A stretch of DNA of 64,000 nucleotides from Legionella massiliensis (GCF_000756815.1 NZ_CCVW01000002.1:238157-302156); one strand, 5' to 3'; shown: positions 30,131 through 40,698, counted from the stretch's first letter. Made by a program: numbers and translations. Notes: generated by a model not told the origin, from the sequence alone.

Positions 30131-30679
30131 ATGTTTAAAAAGATAGCCTTAGTTGCAATGATGCTCCTGACAAGCCTGGCACAAGCCGCAGCCCTTTATC
30201 AAATTGATCTTATAGTCTTTGGCTATCAACAGTCCCCTATTTCGCCAGAATTATCTCTAAGCTCTACCCTGGCATCCCACTCAGCAAATAGTATTCCCCT
30301 GCAAACAGAAATCAGTAAAAACCAGACCCCCTACCACCTTCTCCCCTCTTCATCCTCGCAGTTACAAGAGGAATATTGGGCACTACATCGCAAACCCCAG
30401 TACCGGGTCTTAATACATTACACCTGGTTACAACCCTTTAATAACCAGAGCGCGATTGCGATCCCTAAGGTTCAACGTGATGGTTGGGAAATAGAGGGCA
30501 CCGTCCGCGTTCAACGTAGCAATTACTATTCCCTAGATTCAGAATTGTTAATTTCCACACCCAGCTCCAACTCAGCCCCCTTTGTCTTGGTACAACAGCA
30601 ACGCTTAAAGGGTGGTGATATTTATTATTTGGATCATCCACAGGCAGGGATGTTGATTAAAGTGCATCAGGTTGGTTAG
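30131..30679 (+). CDS. Secreted hypothetical protein
   Basis: 182 aa. Signal peptide MFKKIALVAMMLLTSLAQAAA. No recognised domain. Confidence 0.45.
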   Translation: MFKKIALVAMMLLTSLAQAAALYQIDLIVFGYQQSPISPELSLSSTLASHSANSIPLQTEISKNQTPYHLLPSSSSQLQEEYWALHRKPQYRVLIHYTWLQPFNNQSAIAIPKVQRDGWEIEGTVRVQRSNYYSLDSELLISTPSSNSAPFVLVQQQRLKGGDIYYLDHPQAGMLIKVHQVG

Positions 30680-30724
30680 GTAATTACCTGGCGTACCCTA
30701 CCATGCTGGGCAGTCACTCCCCTT

Positions 30725-30872
30725 CCGTCATTCTGAGCGCCCCAGACCCTTTGGGGGGCAAACATCGATAAAGACCTCGTCATCCCGAACATAGTGAGGG
30801 ATCTCCGGGATTAGCACAGTGCCACATTCAGGAGATGTCTCTCTACGTTCGACATGACGTACGTCTTTGGGA
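30725..30872 (-). repeat. Type B mini-element, reverse orientation
   Basis: ccgtcattctgagcgccccagaccctttggggggcaaacatcgataaagacctcgtcatcccgaacatagtgagggatctccggg...cgtctttggg. Confidence 0.85.
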
Positions 30873-30953
30873 GCGATAGGAACCATTTATTTTTGATTTT
30901 ATAAATTTTTTATCATAAATTGATTACTCGCATCTCAGATATAAGAAGTAGTT

Positions 30954-33047
30954 ATGGATATCCTCTTTGGTAATTTTTCTGTTCTTCTAACAATTGCCCT
31001 AATAATTTTCATTTTAATTAACTCTGTAGTCATCGTTGGTGGAACCAAGATCGCTATTCTAGAGCGCCGTTGGTTTGGTAAACGTATTCCTGAAGGACGA
31101 GTTGTCGCGCTAAGCGATGAAGTAGGTATTCAGGCAAGAACGCTTGGTCCAGGCTTACATTTGCTAGTGCCCTTCTTATACCGTGTAACAAAATCCGAAC
31201 TGACGATCATTAACCAAAATGAGATTGGTATAGTTGACTCTATTGATGGAGTGCCTGTTAAGTCTGGGCGAATATTCGCAAGAGCGTTTAAAGAGCATAA
31301 CTTATTTCAAGACGGTGAATCCTTCTTAAAAGCAGGCGGCGAAAAGGGGCCTCAGCTCGAAATCTTACCGCCAGGTTCTTACCGCATAAATCCCTATCTA
31401 TTCCAAATTACCATTTCTCCAGTTGTGAGTATTGGCAACAATCAAATTGGTGTAGTCGTCGCAACCGATGGTAACCCTATTGCCAGTGGACGCTTATTGG
31501 GAAAACATATCGACAAGCATAACAATTTCCAGGACAGTAATATCTTTTTAGAAAGCGGTGGCCAGAAAGGACCGCAAATCGATATTTTACTTCCCGGTAC
31601 CTATCGTATTAATACTAAGCTTTTTGAAATTACCGTTATGAATGCGACAGTGATCCCTGTCAAAGAAGTTGGGTTGGTCACTGCTAAGGACGGAGATGCC
31701 CTACCCTCTAGCGAATATATTGCTAAATCCGTAAGTGGGCATCAGGATTTCCAAGATGGCGCAACCTTCCTCGCTAATGGCGGACAGCGAGGACCACAGC
31801 TAGATTTTTTAAAACCGGGTACCTACTATATCAACCCACTTATGTTTGATGTTTCACTTGATAAGGTCTTAACCGTTGAGCGCGGTGAAGTCGCTGTTAT
31901 TGTCTCAACGATTGGTAAAGACCCTTCCGAGGATACAGACTTGCAACCCAGCAATGAGAAATCGTTAAAGGATGGTATAGAGCGTTATGTTGTTAGTACC
32001 GGTTATCGAGGGATACAGCGCGAGGTGCTTGGGCCAGGAACCTATTATTTAAATAAATTGGCGTTTACACCCCATATCATTCCAACAACCAACATTACTA
32101 TTGACTGGGCAATGCCAAAGTGGTCAGCCAACAAATATACGCCAGCAGGCAGCGTACCCACTACTGTAGAAGCGCCGGATGCATCAGAGGCAATTAAATC
32201 ACGCACCTTTAATCCCTTGAATATTGTATCGAAGGACGGTTTTGAGATGTCCGTCGAGGTGAAAGTTATCCTGCGTGTTCTTCCTGAACAAGCACCACAC
32301 ATGGTGGCAAGAATTGGTACGATTAGTAACTTAGTCGAAGACGTGATTCATCCGCTGATTGACAGCTCCTTCCGTAACCAAGCCTCCTCCTCCGAAGCGA
32401 TGCAGTTTATGCAAGACCGCTATGAGGAGCAACGTAAGGCAGAGGTACATTCAGCAGAGGAATTACATAAATATCATGTTGAATGCGTCAGTGTATTAAT
32501 TTGCCAAATTAAATTACCGGATCGCTTGATGCAAACCCTAACCGACAAGGTAGTTGCCAGCCAGCAAAAAGCGATGTACGACGCCCAGCAAGAAGCAGAA
32601 GGCCGCCGAGCTGAGATGGAAAAAACCAAAGCCCAAGCTGATTTACAGCCTAGTGTGGTGAAAGCAGAGTTTGATGTAAAAATTGCCTCACAGCAAAAAC
32701 AACAGAATATTATTCTGGCAGAAGCAAAAAGCCAGTCGACCCGATTAGAACAAGAAGGTATTGCAGCGGGGATCAGTTCTGTAGGTAATGCGGAGGCGGG
32801 AAAAATCAGCGCAATTGGCCGAGCCACTGCAGAAGCCTATAAACAACAGGCAGACGCTCTGGGACAGCAACCCATGTCTATTATTGAAATCATGAAACAG
32901 GTTGCCGGCGGACAGGTGAAAATCACACCCGATATCCTTATACAAACAAGCGGTGATGGCAAAGATGGTGCGAATACTTCCAACCATATGCTGACCTTGT
33001 TTCTTGCTGAGTTAATGAAGAATAAGGAGCTTTTTAAGAATAACTAA
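30954..33047 (+). CDS. SPFH/band-7 flotillin-like membrane protein with four tandem inserted modules
   Basis: 697 aa. N-terminal transmembrane helix. SPFH start ...RTLGPGLHLLVPFLYRV. Four ~110-aa repeats, each carrying FQD--FL--GG-[KR]GPQ[LI]-[IF]L-PGTY-IN. C-terminal flotillin-like coiled coil with A/E-rich heptads (GNAEAGKISAIGRATAEAYKQQADALG). Confidence 0.65.
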   Translation: MDILFGNFSVLLTIALIIFILINSVVIVGGTKIAILERRWFGKRIPEGRVVALSDEVGIQARTLGPGLHLLVPFLYRVTKSELTIINQNEIGIVDSIDGVPVKSGRIFARAFKEHNLFQDGESFLKAGGEKGPQLEILPPGSYRINPYLFQITISPVVSIGNNQIGVVVATDGNPIASGRLLGKHIDKHNNFQDSNIFLESGGQKGPQIDILLPGTYRINTKLFEITVMNATVIPVKEVGLVTAKDGDALPSSEYIAKSVSGHQDFQDGATFLANGGQRGPQLDFLKPGTYYINPLMFDVSLDKVLTVERGEVAVIVSTIGKDPSEDTDLQPSNEKSLKDGIERYVVSTGYRGIQREVLGPGTYYLNKLAFTPHIIPTTNITIDWAMPKWSANKYTPAGSVPTTVEAPDASEAIKSRTFNPLNIVSKDGFEMSVEVKVILRVLPEQAPHMVARIGTISNLVEDVIHPLIDSSFRNQASSSEAMQFMQDRYEEQRKAEVHSAEELHKYHVECVSVLICQIKLPDRLMQTLTDKVVASQQKAMYDAQQEAEGRRAEMEKTKAQADLQPSVVKAEFDVKIASQQKQQNIILAEAKSQSTRLEQEGIAAGISSVGNAEAGKISAIGRATAEAYKQQADALGQQPMSIIEIMKQVAGGQVKITPDILIQTSGDGKDGANTSNHMLTLFLAELMKNKELFKNN

Positions 33048-33094
33048 GAGCCCATCTACTCTGGGTAATGAACTACATTCGTAAGGTTGCCCCT

Positions 33095-33306
33095 CGTCAC
33101 GTCATCCTGAGCGCTCCAGCCCCTTTGGGGCAAACATCGATAAAGACCTCGTCATCCCAGGGATCTCTGGGATTAGCACAGCGCTACACTTAGGAGATGT
33201 CTCTCTACGTTCGACATGACGTACGTCTTTGGGAGTGCAGCGAAGGATTTCTTGAATATAGCACAGTGCCAATCCTGGAGATCCTTCGCTGCGCTCAGGA
33301 TGACGG
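33095..33306 (-). repeat. Type B (reverse orientation, internally deleted) fused to type A (33234-33306)
   Basis: Read directly. The B copy lacks ~25 bp relative to the consensus. Confidence 0.8.
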
Positions 33307-33354
33307 GCTATGTTAGAGTGACGAGGTGACCTATTACCTACTTTCTAAGATCCC

Positions 33355-34242
33355 TCACAGCCTTGGCTGCACAATCGAACTAATAAGCCCCGCCATCGCC
33401 TTCAAACAAAGATCTTTTGCGCTACCCGGCCGCCAATAAAGAGCGATCGAGCGCGATGGGGCTGGCTTAGCAAAGGGGATCACCAATAAATTGCTGCTCT
33501 CAGCCTCTTGTAGAGCCAGAGCAGGTAAAAGTGTAACTCCGACACCTGCTTGCACCATCCATCTTAAAGTTTCAAGGCTCGTTGCTGTGAAATCGGCGCG
33601 AACCTCTGCCTTTGCCAATTGGCATACAGCCATTGCCTGCTCTCGTAAACAATGGCCTTCCTCCAAAAGCATCACTGGTTGATTAGCCAATTCATCAACC
33701 TTTAATTCTTTTTTATTCCTCATCAGGGAGTCATTGGCAGCAGCAAAATAAAAAGGCTCTTCAAAAAGAATTAGATGCTTAAAATCACCATCAACTGGCG
33801 TCGCCATTAAAGCCGCGTCCAATTGACCTGCGGCCAGTTTTTCGCTTAGCCGCTGCGTTTTATCCTCATAAAGCCAGACTCGGATTTTTGGAAAAGCACT
33901 TTGTATCTCTGTCATTATCAAAGGAAGCAGATAGGGGGCTAAGGTAGGGATTAGGCCTAGCCTTAACTCCCCTGCATAGGGATCTGAGGATGCCCTGGCA
34001 AACTCTTTCATCTCAGCGACCTGAGTTAAAATTTGCTGGGCTCGACCCACCAAAGCCTTTCCGGCGTCAGTTAACATCACCTGTTTATTATTCCGCTCGA
34101 AAAGAGGCAAACCAAGCTCTTCCTCAAGCTTTTTAATCTGCATAGAGAGTGTAGGTTGGCTTACATGACAGCGCTTGGCTGCTTCACCAAAGTGCATTAG
34201 TTCCGCAAGAATAACAAAATAGTGCAAATCGCGTAGATTCAT
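33355..34242 (-). CDS. oxyR: Hydrogen peroxide-inducible genes activator OxyR (LysR family)
   Basis: Start reassigned to ATG 34242 (MNLRDLHYFVILAELMHFGEAAKRCHVSQPTLSMQIKKLEEELG...), collinear with the E. coli OxyR N-terminus. A Cys residue is present in the regulatory domain. Confidence 0.75.
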   Translation of the reverse strand: MNLRDLHYFVILAELMHFGEAAKRCHVSQPTLSMQIKKLEEELGLPLFERNNKQVMLTDAGKALVGRAQQILTQVAEMKEFARASSDPYAGELRLGLIPTLAPYLLPLIMTEIQSAFPKIRVWLYEDKTQRLSEKLAAGQLDAALMATPVDGDFKHLILFEEPFYFAAANDSLMRNKKELKVDELANQPVMLLEEGHCLREQAMAVCQLAKAEVRADFTATSLETLRWMVQAGVGVTLLPALALQEAESSNLLVIPFAKPAPSRSIALYWRPGSAKDLCLKAMAGLISSIVQPRL

Positions 34243-34297
34243 TTTTTTCCCTATAAAACTTTGCATCAGCCCGCACAATCTCGTATAGTCGCGCTTT

Positions 34298-35545
34298 TTG
34301 CCAGAAACTAGATCAATGATAGCAGCAATTAGTATTCCTGAATTAAATGCCAGAAGGCGAACTGGTATTTGGCTTATCGGCGTATCCTTTGTATTGTTCC
34401 AATTTTTCTTACAATTGTCATCTGGGGTAATTATCGGCTCAATCATGAATGAGATGGGGCTGACAGCCTTTCAGGCAGGGATTATTAGTAGCGCTTTTTA
34501 TTATGTTTATACCAGCATGCAAATTCCCGTAGGTATGCTTTTCGATAGAAAAAGCACTCGCTCTTTGCTTGCAATTAGTGCCCTAGTCTGTAGTTTTGGA
34601 TGTGTTTATTTTGCACAAAGCCATAGCCTTAACCACTTATTTATCGGACGACTAATAATTGGCGCCGGCTCAGCCTTTGCCTTTGTTGGTCTATCACATT
34701 TGTTAAGACAGCATTTTCCCTTAAAACAATTTGGCTTTTTGATTGGCCTTTCAGAAACTCTGGGCTTTCTTGTCGCGATGTTTGGCCTGATATCAATGGG
34801 TTCTTTACTCAATGAGATAAGTTGGCGAACCTTCCATAATGGTGCTGCTCTATTAGGCCTTATTATTAGCTTTTTTTGCTGGCTCTATATTCCTGAAAAC
34901 AGCCCGTCTTCCCAATCAACAACAAGGCAGGGCAAGCAAGTTTTAAGCATTTTAACCAACACCAAGGCTTGGATTAACGGCTTATTTGCCGGTTTAAGCT
35001 TTAGCGTGATTACGGTATTCGGCGCAATGTGGGCAGTCCCCTTTATCCAGGCAAAACTGGGTTGTAGCTTGCAAGAAGCGAGCTGGGTTGATGCAATGAT
35101 TTTCCTCGGTACAGCCCTTAGCTGCCCGCTATTCGGTAAATTAGCTATCTTTTTCAAGCGCCGCAGACCAATGCTTCTGACCTCCTGCCTATCAACAGCC
35201 TTCTTGCTGTTGGCTCTACTGTATTTACCTATTCATCGTTCGGACTTATTAGGCCTCATAATGTTTGCTATTGGTCTTTGTTGTGGCGCCTATATGCTCG
35301 CCTATAGCATAGCTAATGAATTATCGCCCCCCGATTCCTTGTCAACCTGCGCGGGATTTACCAATACCTTAGCCATGCTAACAGCACCGCTGATACAGCC
35401 CTTGATTGGGTATTTATTAGATCTCTTCAGTGATTCCAAGCAGGTCTACAGTCTAAGTAATTACCAAGATGCTCTGGTAATTATTCCTATCGCCTTGTTT
35501 ATTGCCAGCGGACTTGTGTTCTTTTTACCGGAGAAGCAATGCTAA
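34298..35545 (+). CDS. MFS transporter
   Basis: 415 aa, about 12 predicted transmembrane segments. MFS loop motif GMLFDRKSTR between TM2 and TM3. Confidence 0.75.
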   Translation: MPETRSMIAAISIPELNARRRTGIWLIGVSFVLFQFFLQLSSGVIIGSIMNEMGLTAFQAGIISSAFYYVYTSMQIPVGMLFDRKSTRSLLAISALVCSFGCVYFAQSHSLNHLFIGRLIIGAGSAFAFVGLSHLLRQHFPLKQFGFLIGLSETLGFLVAMFGLISMGSLLNEISWRTFHNGAALLGLIISFFCWLYIPENSPSSQSTTRQGKQVLSILTNTKAWINGLFAGLSFSVITVFGAMWAVPFIQAKLGCSLQEASWVDAMIFLGTALSCPLFGKLAIFFKRRRPMLLTSCLSTAFLLLALLYLPIHRSDLLGLIMFAIGLCCGAYMLAYSIANELSPPDSLSTCAGFTNTLAMLTAPLIQPLIGYLLDLFSDSKQVYSLSNYQDALVIIPIALFIASGLVFFLPEKQC

Positions 35546-35584
35546 TTTTTTCATTATAACTAAGGTCAGCCTCCGCTCTACTAT

Positions 35585-35672
35585 TGAATTCCCGCAGCTT
35601 GACCGTAGGATCCGCTGGTTATAAGCTCTTCACTCTGAGCCCGATCCCTCGGTCAAGCCGCGGGAATTCGGG
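35585..35672. repeat. Type D element, plus a shared ttcactctgagccc module
   Basis: gaattcccgcagcttgaccg...cggtcaagccgcgggaattcg. The ttcactctgagccc module also occurs next to the A copy at 19575. Confidence 0.8.
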
Positions 35673-35722
35673 ATAGGGGTGATCTATTACAGATAAACCG
35701 CAATTACAGGAGGATCTTTGTT

Positions 35723-36814
35723 ATGAAAGGGAGTTATGTTTTTAAAGCCTTTTTGGCTTTTTTTGTTATTTTGCCATCATTCATTACGTCTTCGGCTCAG
35801 GCAGCAGATGCTCCAACAGTGAATCAATTAGTAGCCACAGTGGCTAATTCCTTCCTTAGCGATAAGCAGATTCCCGGAGCAGCTATTGCTATTTATTACA
35901 AGGGTCAGGACTATTATTTTAATTTTGGTGTTGCAAATAAGAGCTCTAATACTCCAGTGACTCAAGAGACTATTTTCGAATTGGCTTCCATCACTAAAAT
36001 CTTTGTTACTACCTTGTTGGCTGTTGAAGTACAGGAAGGAAAACTACGTTTAACTGATCCCATCGTCAAATATCTTCCCCGATTAGCCAATACTACTGGC
36101 CTGCCGATTGATCAGGTCCAGGTGGTAAATCTGGCAACCCACACCGCAAGCTTTCCTCGGCAATTGGAGCAATTTGGGGTGAAATCAGGCAACATAATCG
36201 GGTTCTTTAATAAACTACAAACCTGGCAACCACAGACTCCTATAGGGACACATTATCTCTACTCTAATGTTAGTTTTGGTTTATTAGGCAATGTCTTAGT
36301 ACATGCTAGCGCTAAGCCCCTTGCCGTTTTACTGAGTGAAAATATTAGCCAACCACTAGCGATGACTAATACTTATTTTACCTTGCCTGCCAATAAGCAA
36401 GCATTACAGGCACAGGGTTACCGTCCAAACGGTAATCCTGCCCCGCATTATGTACCTGCTAATTTTCTTGGTGGTGGCGCCTTACGTTCTTCCTCAGCAG
36501 ACATGCTTAGATTTTTAAAGGCTAATTTAGGCGTTAAAGAGGAGAATGCTTCGCCACAACTTTTGTCTGCTATGCAGTTTGCTCAACAACCTCAGTTTGA
36601 GGTCAAACCCCAGTTTGTTCTTGGCTTAGGCTGGCAACGCATCAAACACGGGCAACAATTATTGATTACCAAGAATGGCGCTAATATGGGCTTTAGCACC
36701 TTTATTGGATTTTCGCCAGCTAAGCAACTTGGGGTTGTTGTTTTAACCAATAAATCCAAGGGCAAAGCAACTATGCTGGGGAATCAATTGCTAAAAGGTT
36801 TGTTGCGGTTGTAA
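35723..36814 (+). CDS. Class C beta-lactamase / penicillin-binding-protein family serine hydrolase, secreted
   Basis: 363 aa. Signal peptide. S-x-x-K motif (LASITK), Y-x-N motif (YSNVSF) and K-[TN]-G motif (KNG). Confidence 0.75.
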   Translation: MKGSYVFKAFLAFFVILPSFITSSAQAADAPTVNQLVATVANSFLSDKQIPGAAIAIYYKGQDYYFNFGVANKSSNTPVTQETIFELASITKIFVTTLLAVEVQEGKLRLTDPIVKYLPRLANTTGLPIDQVQVVNLATHTASFPRQLEQFGVKSGNIIGFFNKLQTWQPQTPIGTHYLYSNVSFGLLGNVLVHASAKPLAVLLSENISQPLAMTNTYFTLPANKQALQAQGYRPNGNPAPHYVPANFLGGGALRSSSADMLRFLKANLGVKEENASPQLLSAMQFAQQPQFEVKPQFVLGLGWQRIKHGQQLLITKNGANMGFSTFIGFSPAKQLGVVVLTNKSKGKATMLGNQLLKGLLRL

Positions 36815-36821
36815 AACGAAT

Positions 36822-36909
36822 TTTGTCATTCCCGCGAAGGCGGGAAACCATCTCTACATTGGCACTGTGCTTAACTAGAAATAGTTTCCCGCCTTCGCGA
36901 GAATGACAA
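36822..36909. repeat. Type E hairpin: 26-bp arms ttgtcattcccgcgaaggcgggaaac / gtttcccgccttcgcgagaatgacaa with a ~36-nt loop, between convergent genes
   Basis: Read directly. Single copy in this window. Possible bidirectional terminator. Confidence 0.7.
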
Positions 36910-36953
36910 TCGGAAAACCTTGATTACGCTGCACTGCATCAAGGCTACTTTTG

Positions 36954-37916
36954 TTAGTCCCCTAACTTCGCTTGAACTACTTGCCCACCAATTTCATCTC
37001 TGCTTATTGTACAAAAACCAGGCCTGTCACCCTCTGTAAGACCTGCAATAAGCTGGTGTTTTTCGCCAGTTTTTGCCAAAGCATCTTGCAGTGACAGAAG
37101 AACCTTCGGTGAGGAGATCTGAATGGACCATTGCCCAGCCTCGTTTTCCTTAATAGAAACGAATTGAGACATCGGAATGGCGGTTCCCTGAACATCACGC
37201 CATCCAGCCACTGCCCCTCTCAGGGCATCGGGTTCTTGTAGGTTGACAGCATAGAAACCGCTACCATCATTAAATTGACACAACACACCTGTTAGAGGAT
37301 GCATCGTATCTTGTGACTTTGATACCCAAATTTGTTTAAACCAGGCTTTTGCTGCAGTAACAAATTGATCTTTGCTCGATTTTTCGTCTGTTTGTAAATG
37401 GCCGTTCAGTCGTCCTGTTTGATTTACTGATAACTCAACACCTGAGCGAAGATCATGATTCAAGGGAGTTATCTTGGTTTGTCCTAACATATCAACTTTA
37501 AAATTAAAACCCTTATTCTCCTTTGTTTTAACTCCAAAAACCCAACTGTTATTTATCGGGTTAAAGTGCATGAAAATCTTACCAACATGCCAGTTAGTTG
37601 CTACAAAATTCTCAACAGTCGCATCACTTTCTTCAAAGAGCAAGACTGCTTTACTTTGACTATCGATTAGAGTTGCTAGCGCATGAAACTGCGTATCTTT
37701 GCGTTGCATTTGAAAATAATAATCATAGTGCTCACCATTTTCATTGGTCACTATGCCTGAAAATACCCAATAGGCTTGTAATGCATTGCTAGAAACAGAA
37801 TTTTTTTCTTGTTCTATTATGACTTTCGGCGGCGTGACAGAATCCGTAGCTCCGACATAATTTGCGGTCAGTAATGCTATACCTATTAATAAACTGCGCA
37901 GTCCTGTTCGTTTCAT
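36954..37916 (-). CDS. Secreted hypothetical protein
   Basis: 320 aa. Signal peptide MKRTGLRSLLIGIALLTANYVGA. No domain recognised. Its start overlaps the lpxK stop codon (ATGA). Confidence 0.5.
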   Translation of the reverse strand: MKRTGLRSLLIGIALLTANYVGATDSVTPPKVIIEQEKNSVSSNALQAYWVFSGIVTNENGEHYDYYFQMQRKDTQFHALATLIDSQSKAVLLFEESDATVENFVATNWHVGKIFMHFNPINNSWVFGVKTKENKGFNFKVDMLGQTKITPLNHDLRSGVELSVNQTGRLNGHLQTDEKSSKDQFVTAAKAWFKQIWVSKSQDTMHPLTGVLCQFNDGSGFYAVNLQEPDALRGAVAGWRDVQGTAIPMSQFVSIKENEAGQWSIQISSPKVLLSLQDALAKTGEKHQLIAGLTEGDRPGFCTISRDEIGGQVVQAKLGD

Positions 37917-38890
37917 TAAATGTAACCCTGTAATTGTTCATGAGCCCATAGCGCCTGCCAAAACGAGTCGCTTAATTTTGCTTCAACAGGTAAAAAATAC
38001 CAGGAATCAGCTGCAAATGCTCGGCATTTGACCGCATCTTTCTCAGTCATAACCACTACATTCTCCCTAAACTGTAGATCATTGATGTGAAAGCGATGAT
38101 GATCTGGGAAAGGATACTTTATAATTGCAATCCCTAGGTTTTGCAAGGTTGTAAAAAACCGTTGTGGATGGCCAATCGCTGCCACAGCGGCAACTGGCGT
38201 AGACAAGGTGTTTAAGGCAACCTTTTCTCCTGTCGCCAGATGGGTTAGCTCACCTGGTTGCATATTCATTGAATAAGCGCCAGGCCAGACTCCCTCATTA
38301 ACAACTAGTAAATCACTTTTCCCTAAACGACTGACCGTTTCACGCAGAGGACCTGCTGGTAAACACAGGCCATTACCTAAGCGCCTTAGACCATCAATAA
38401 CTACAATTTCAATTGACCGCCCCATTGCATAATGCTGCAAGCCATCATCAGAGATGATGATTTGGCTTTGGTATTTGTCCAGCAAATACTGCACTGCCTG
38501 AACCCGTTTAGGCGCTATCACAACTGGGCAACCCGTTTTTTGGGCAATTAAAAAGGGTTCATCGCCGGCCTGGCTGGTTTTGTCGCTAAGAGATACCTCA
38601 TGCGGAAATTGTTTGAGTGTAGAGCCATATCCCCGGCTAACTATACCAACCTTTAATCCCCTGCTCTTTAGCTGTTCGGCTAAGGCAATCACCAGCGGTG
38701 TCTTACCAACGCCACCTACCGTTAAATTTCCAACCACAATAATGGGAACAGGGAAATCTAATTGGCGAAACTTTAGTAAATAGGCGCGCCGTATTCCAGT
38801 CACCACCCTGTATAACAAAGCTAAGGGCCACAGTAGCCAACGTAAAGGATGCTTACCATACCATAATTTATCAATAGTCCCTGCGGCCAT
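37916..38890 (-). CDS. lpxK: Tetraacyldisaccharide 4'-kinase
   Basis: 324 aa. P-loop VGNLTVGGVGKTP. Sits immediately downstream of msbA, as in many proteobacteria. Confidence 0.85.
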   Translation of the reverse strand: MAAGTIDKLWYGKHPLRWLLWPLALLYRVVTGIRRAYLLKFRQLDFPVPIIVVGNLTVGGVGKTPLVIALAEQLKSRGLKVGIVSRGYGSTLKQFPHEVSLSDKTSQAGDEPFLIAQKTGCPVVIAPKRVQAVQYLLDKYQSQIIISDDGLQHYAMGRSIEIVVIDGLRRLGNGLCLPAGPLRETVSRLGKSDLLVVNEGVWPGAYSMNMQPGELTHLATGEKVALNTLSTPVAAVAAIGHPQRFFTTLQNLGIAIIKYPFPDHHRFHINDLQFRENVVVMTEKDAVKCRAFAADSWYFLPVEAKLSDSFWQALWAHEQLQGYI

Positions 38891-40698
38891 TATGCGAAAG
38901 CTTCTTCATCATTATCTACACTCAATTGTTGTACGCGATACAGTTGGGCATAGTGACCATCCAAGGCCAATAACTGTTGATGTGCTCCCTGTTCAACAAT
39001 TTGTCCTTGGCTCATTACAACAATCTTGTTCGCTCGTTTGATTGTCGATAAACGGTGGGCAATAACCAGAGTAGTTCTGGTTTTCATAATTTGTTCTAAG
39101 GCAACCTGAATATAACGCTCTGACTCCGAATCGAGAGCGGAGGTCGCTTCATCAAGTATCAAAATTGGTGCATCTTTCAATATCGCTCGCGCTATCGCCA
39201 AACGCTGACGTTGTCCGCCTGATAACAGGACGCCATTTTCACCGATTCGAGTATCGTAGCCATCAGGTAAACGCTGAATAAACTCATCAGCAAAGGCAAC
39301 TTTAGCAGCTTGCTCAATTTGTTCACGGCTTACATCAAAACGACCATAGGCGATATTATTGGCTAAGCTATCATTAAACAGAGTGACATGCTGACTGACC
39401 AAGGCAATCTGCTCACGTAAACAGGCCAAAGATAATTCATGAATTGGCTCGCCATCCAGTGTTATTTGTCCCTGCTTTAATTCATAAAATCGCGGTAATA
39501 AACTTGCGATAGTCGTTTTACCACTTCCTGAATGACCGACAAGAGCAACCGTTTCTCCAGCTGCGATGTTAAAACTCACCTCATGCAATACTTGCTGTCC
39601 CTGGCGATAAGCATAGCTAACCTTGTCAAATTGAATATCGCCTCTTACCTTTTGCTGCAAGCGTCGTCCTTTATCAGTTTCAACAGGTTTATCAAGCAAA
39701 TTAAACACACTTTCAGCACCTGCTAAACCACGCTGGATAGTAGCATTCAAGGTAGTTAGGGTTTTCATCGGCTTAATAAGCTGTAACATGGCGGCGATAA
39801 TGGCCAGGAAAGAACCGGCTGTAATGATAATTACTGTTGATAGTTGGATAGCAGCCAGGATGATCATGGCGATCCCTATAGCGATAACAAACTGTACTCC
39901 AGAAACGTTAATCGCCTTGGAGATAGCCACCTTCATATCATTTCTACGCGAAACCTCTGTAGCATGATTAAATTTACTAATTTCATGCTGCTCGCCACCA
40001 AAAATACGCACAACCCGATAACCATCAATGACTTCACCAGCAATCTCAGTCACTTCGCTCATCGATTTTTGAACCTTATGGCTAATACGACGGACTCGCT
40101 TATTGGTATAGTTAACAATGATACCGATAAAGGGAATGGTTAGTAAGAACATCAGTGATAGCTGCCAGCAAATCACCAGCATTACCGTCAAAAGACCAAT
40201 CACCAGACAGGTATTCTGCACAATATCAGTCAACGCATCAGCGCTCACCTGCGCGACCTGTTCAACATCATAGAGAATCTTTGACAACAATTGCCCTGAG
40301 GTTGCTTCATCATAATAGTCAGCCGGCAATTTAACGATATGGGCAAAGACACGCTGCCTTAGCACCTTCACTACCGATCTGGCAACCCAGGTCATGCAGT
40401 AACTACCCAAAGAACTAACAAGCCCTCGTACAGTGATTCCTATCAGCACGATAAAAGGAATTTTCTTCACAAAATCCATATCAATATGAATAAAGCCCTT
40501 ATCAAGAAAAGGACGCATCATATAGGTAAAACCAGCATCGATGATTGAATAGAGAATATTGGCGAACACGCCTAATAAAAGGACAGGCCAGAAAGGTTTA
40601 ACATAAGAAAGCAAGCGTCTATAAAGAGGGCCCGTTTTGCCTTGAGGCTTTCTATTCAGAGGCTTTTTATTCATCAGTCTGCGATAAGGTTGGATCAA
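38890..40698 (-). CDS. msbA: Lipid A export ATP-binding/permease protein MsbA
   Basis: 602 aa. Six-transmembrane ABC exporter core plus a nucleotide-binding domain ([29 protein letters not shown]). Confidence 0.9.
   Translation of the reverse strand: MIQPYRRLMNKKPLNRKPQGKTGPLYRRLLSYVKPFWPVLLLGVFANILYSIIDAGFTYMMRPFLDKGFIHIDMDFVKKIPFIVLIGITVRGLVSSLGSYCMTWVARSVVKVLRQRVFAHIVKLPADYYDEATSGQLLSKILYDVEQVAQVSADALTDIVQNTCLVIGLLTVMLVICWQLSLMFLLTIPFIGIIVNYTNKRVRRISHKVQKSMSEVTEIAGEVIDGYRVVRIFGGEQHEISKFNHATEVSRRNDMKVAISKAINVSGVQFVIAIGIAMIILAAIQLSTVIIITAGSFLAIIAAMLQLIKPMKTLTTLNATIQRGLAGAESVFNLLDKPVETDKGRRLQQKVRGDIQFDKVSYAYRQGQQVLHEVSFNIAAGETVALVGHSGSGKTTIASLLPRFYELKQGQITLDGEPIHELSLACLREQIALVSQHVTLFNDSLANNIAYGRFDVSREQIEQAAKVAFADEFIQRLPDGYDTRIGENGVLLSGGQRQRLAIARAILKDAPILILDEATSALDSESERYIQVALEQIMKTRTTLVIAHRLSTIKRANKIVVMSQGQIVEQGAHQQLLALDGHYAQLYRVQQLSVDNDEEAFA

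Noticed and set aside
36815-36953. Type E hairpin as a classical rho-independent terminator
   Set aside because: The stem is very strong, but neither strand has a U-tract after it. I list it as a repeat or possible bidirectional structure and not as a confident terminator.
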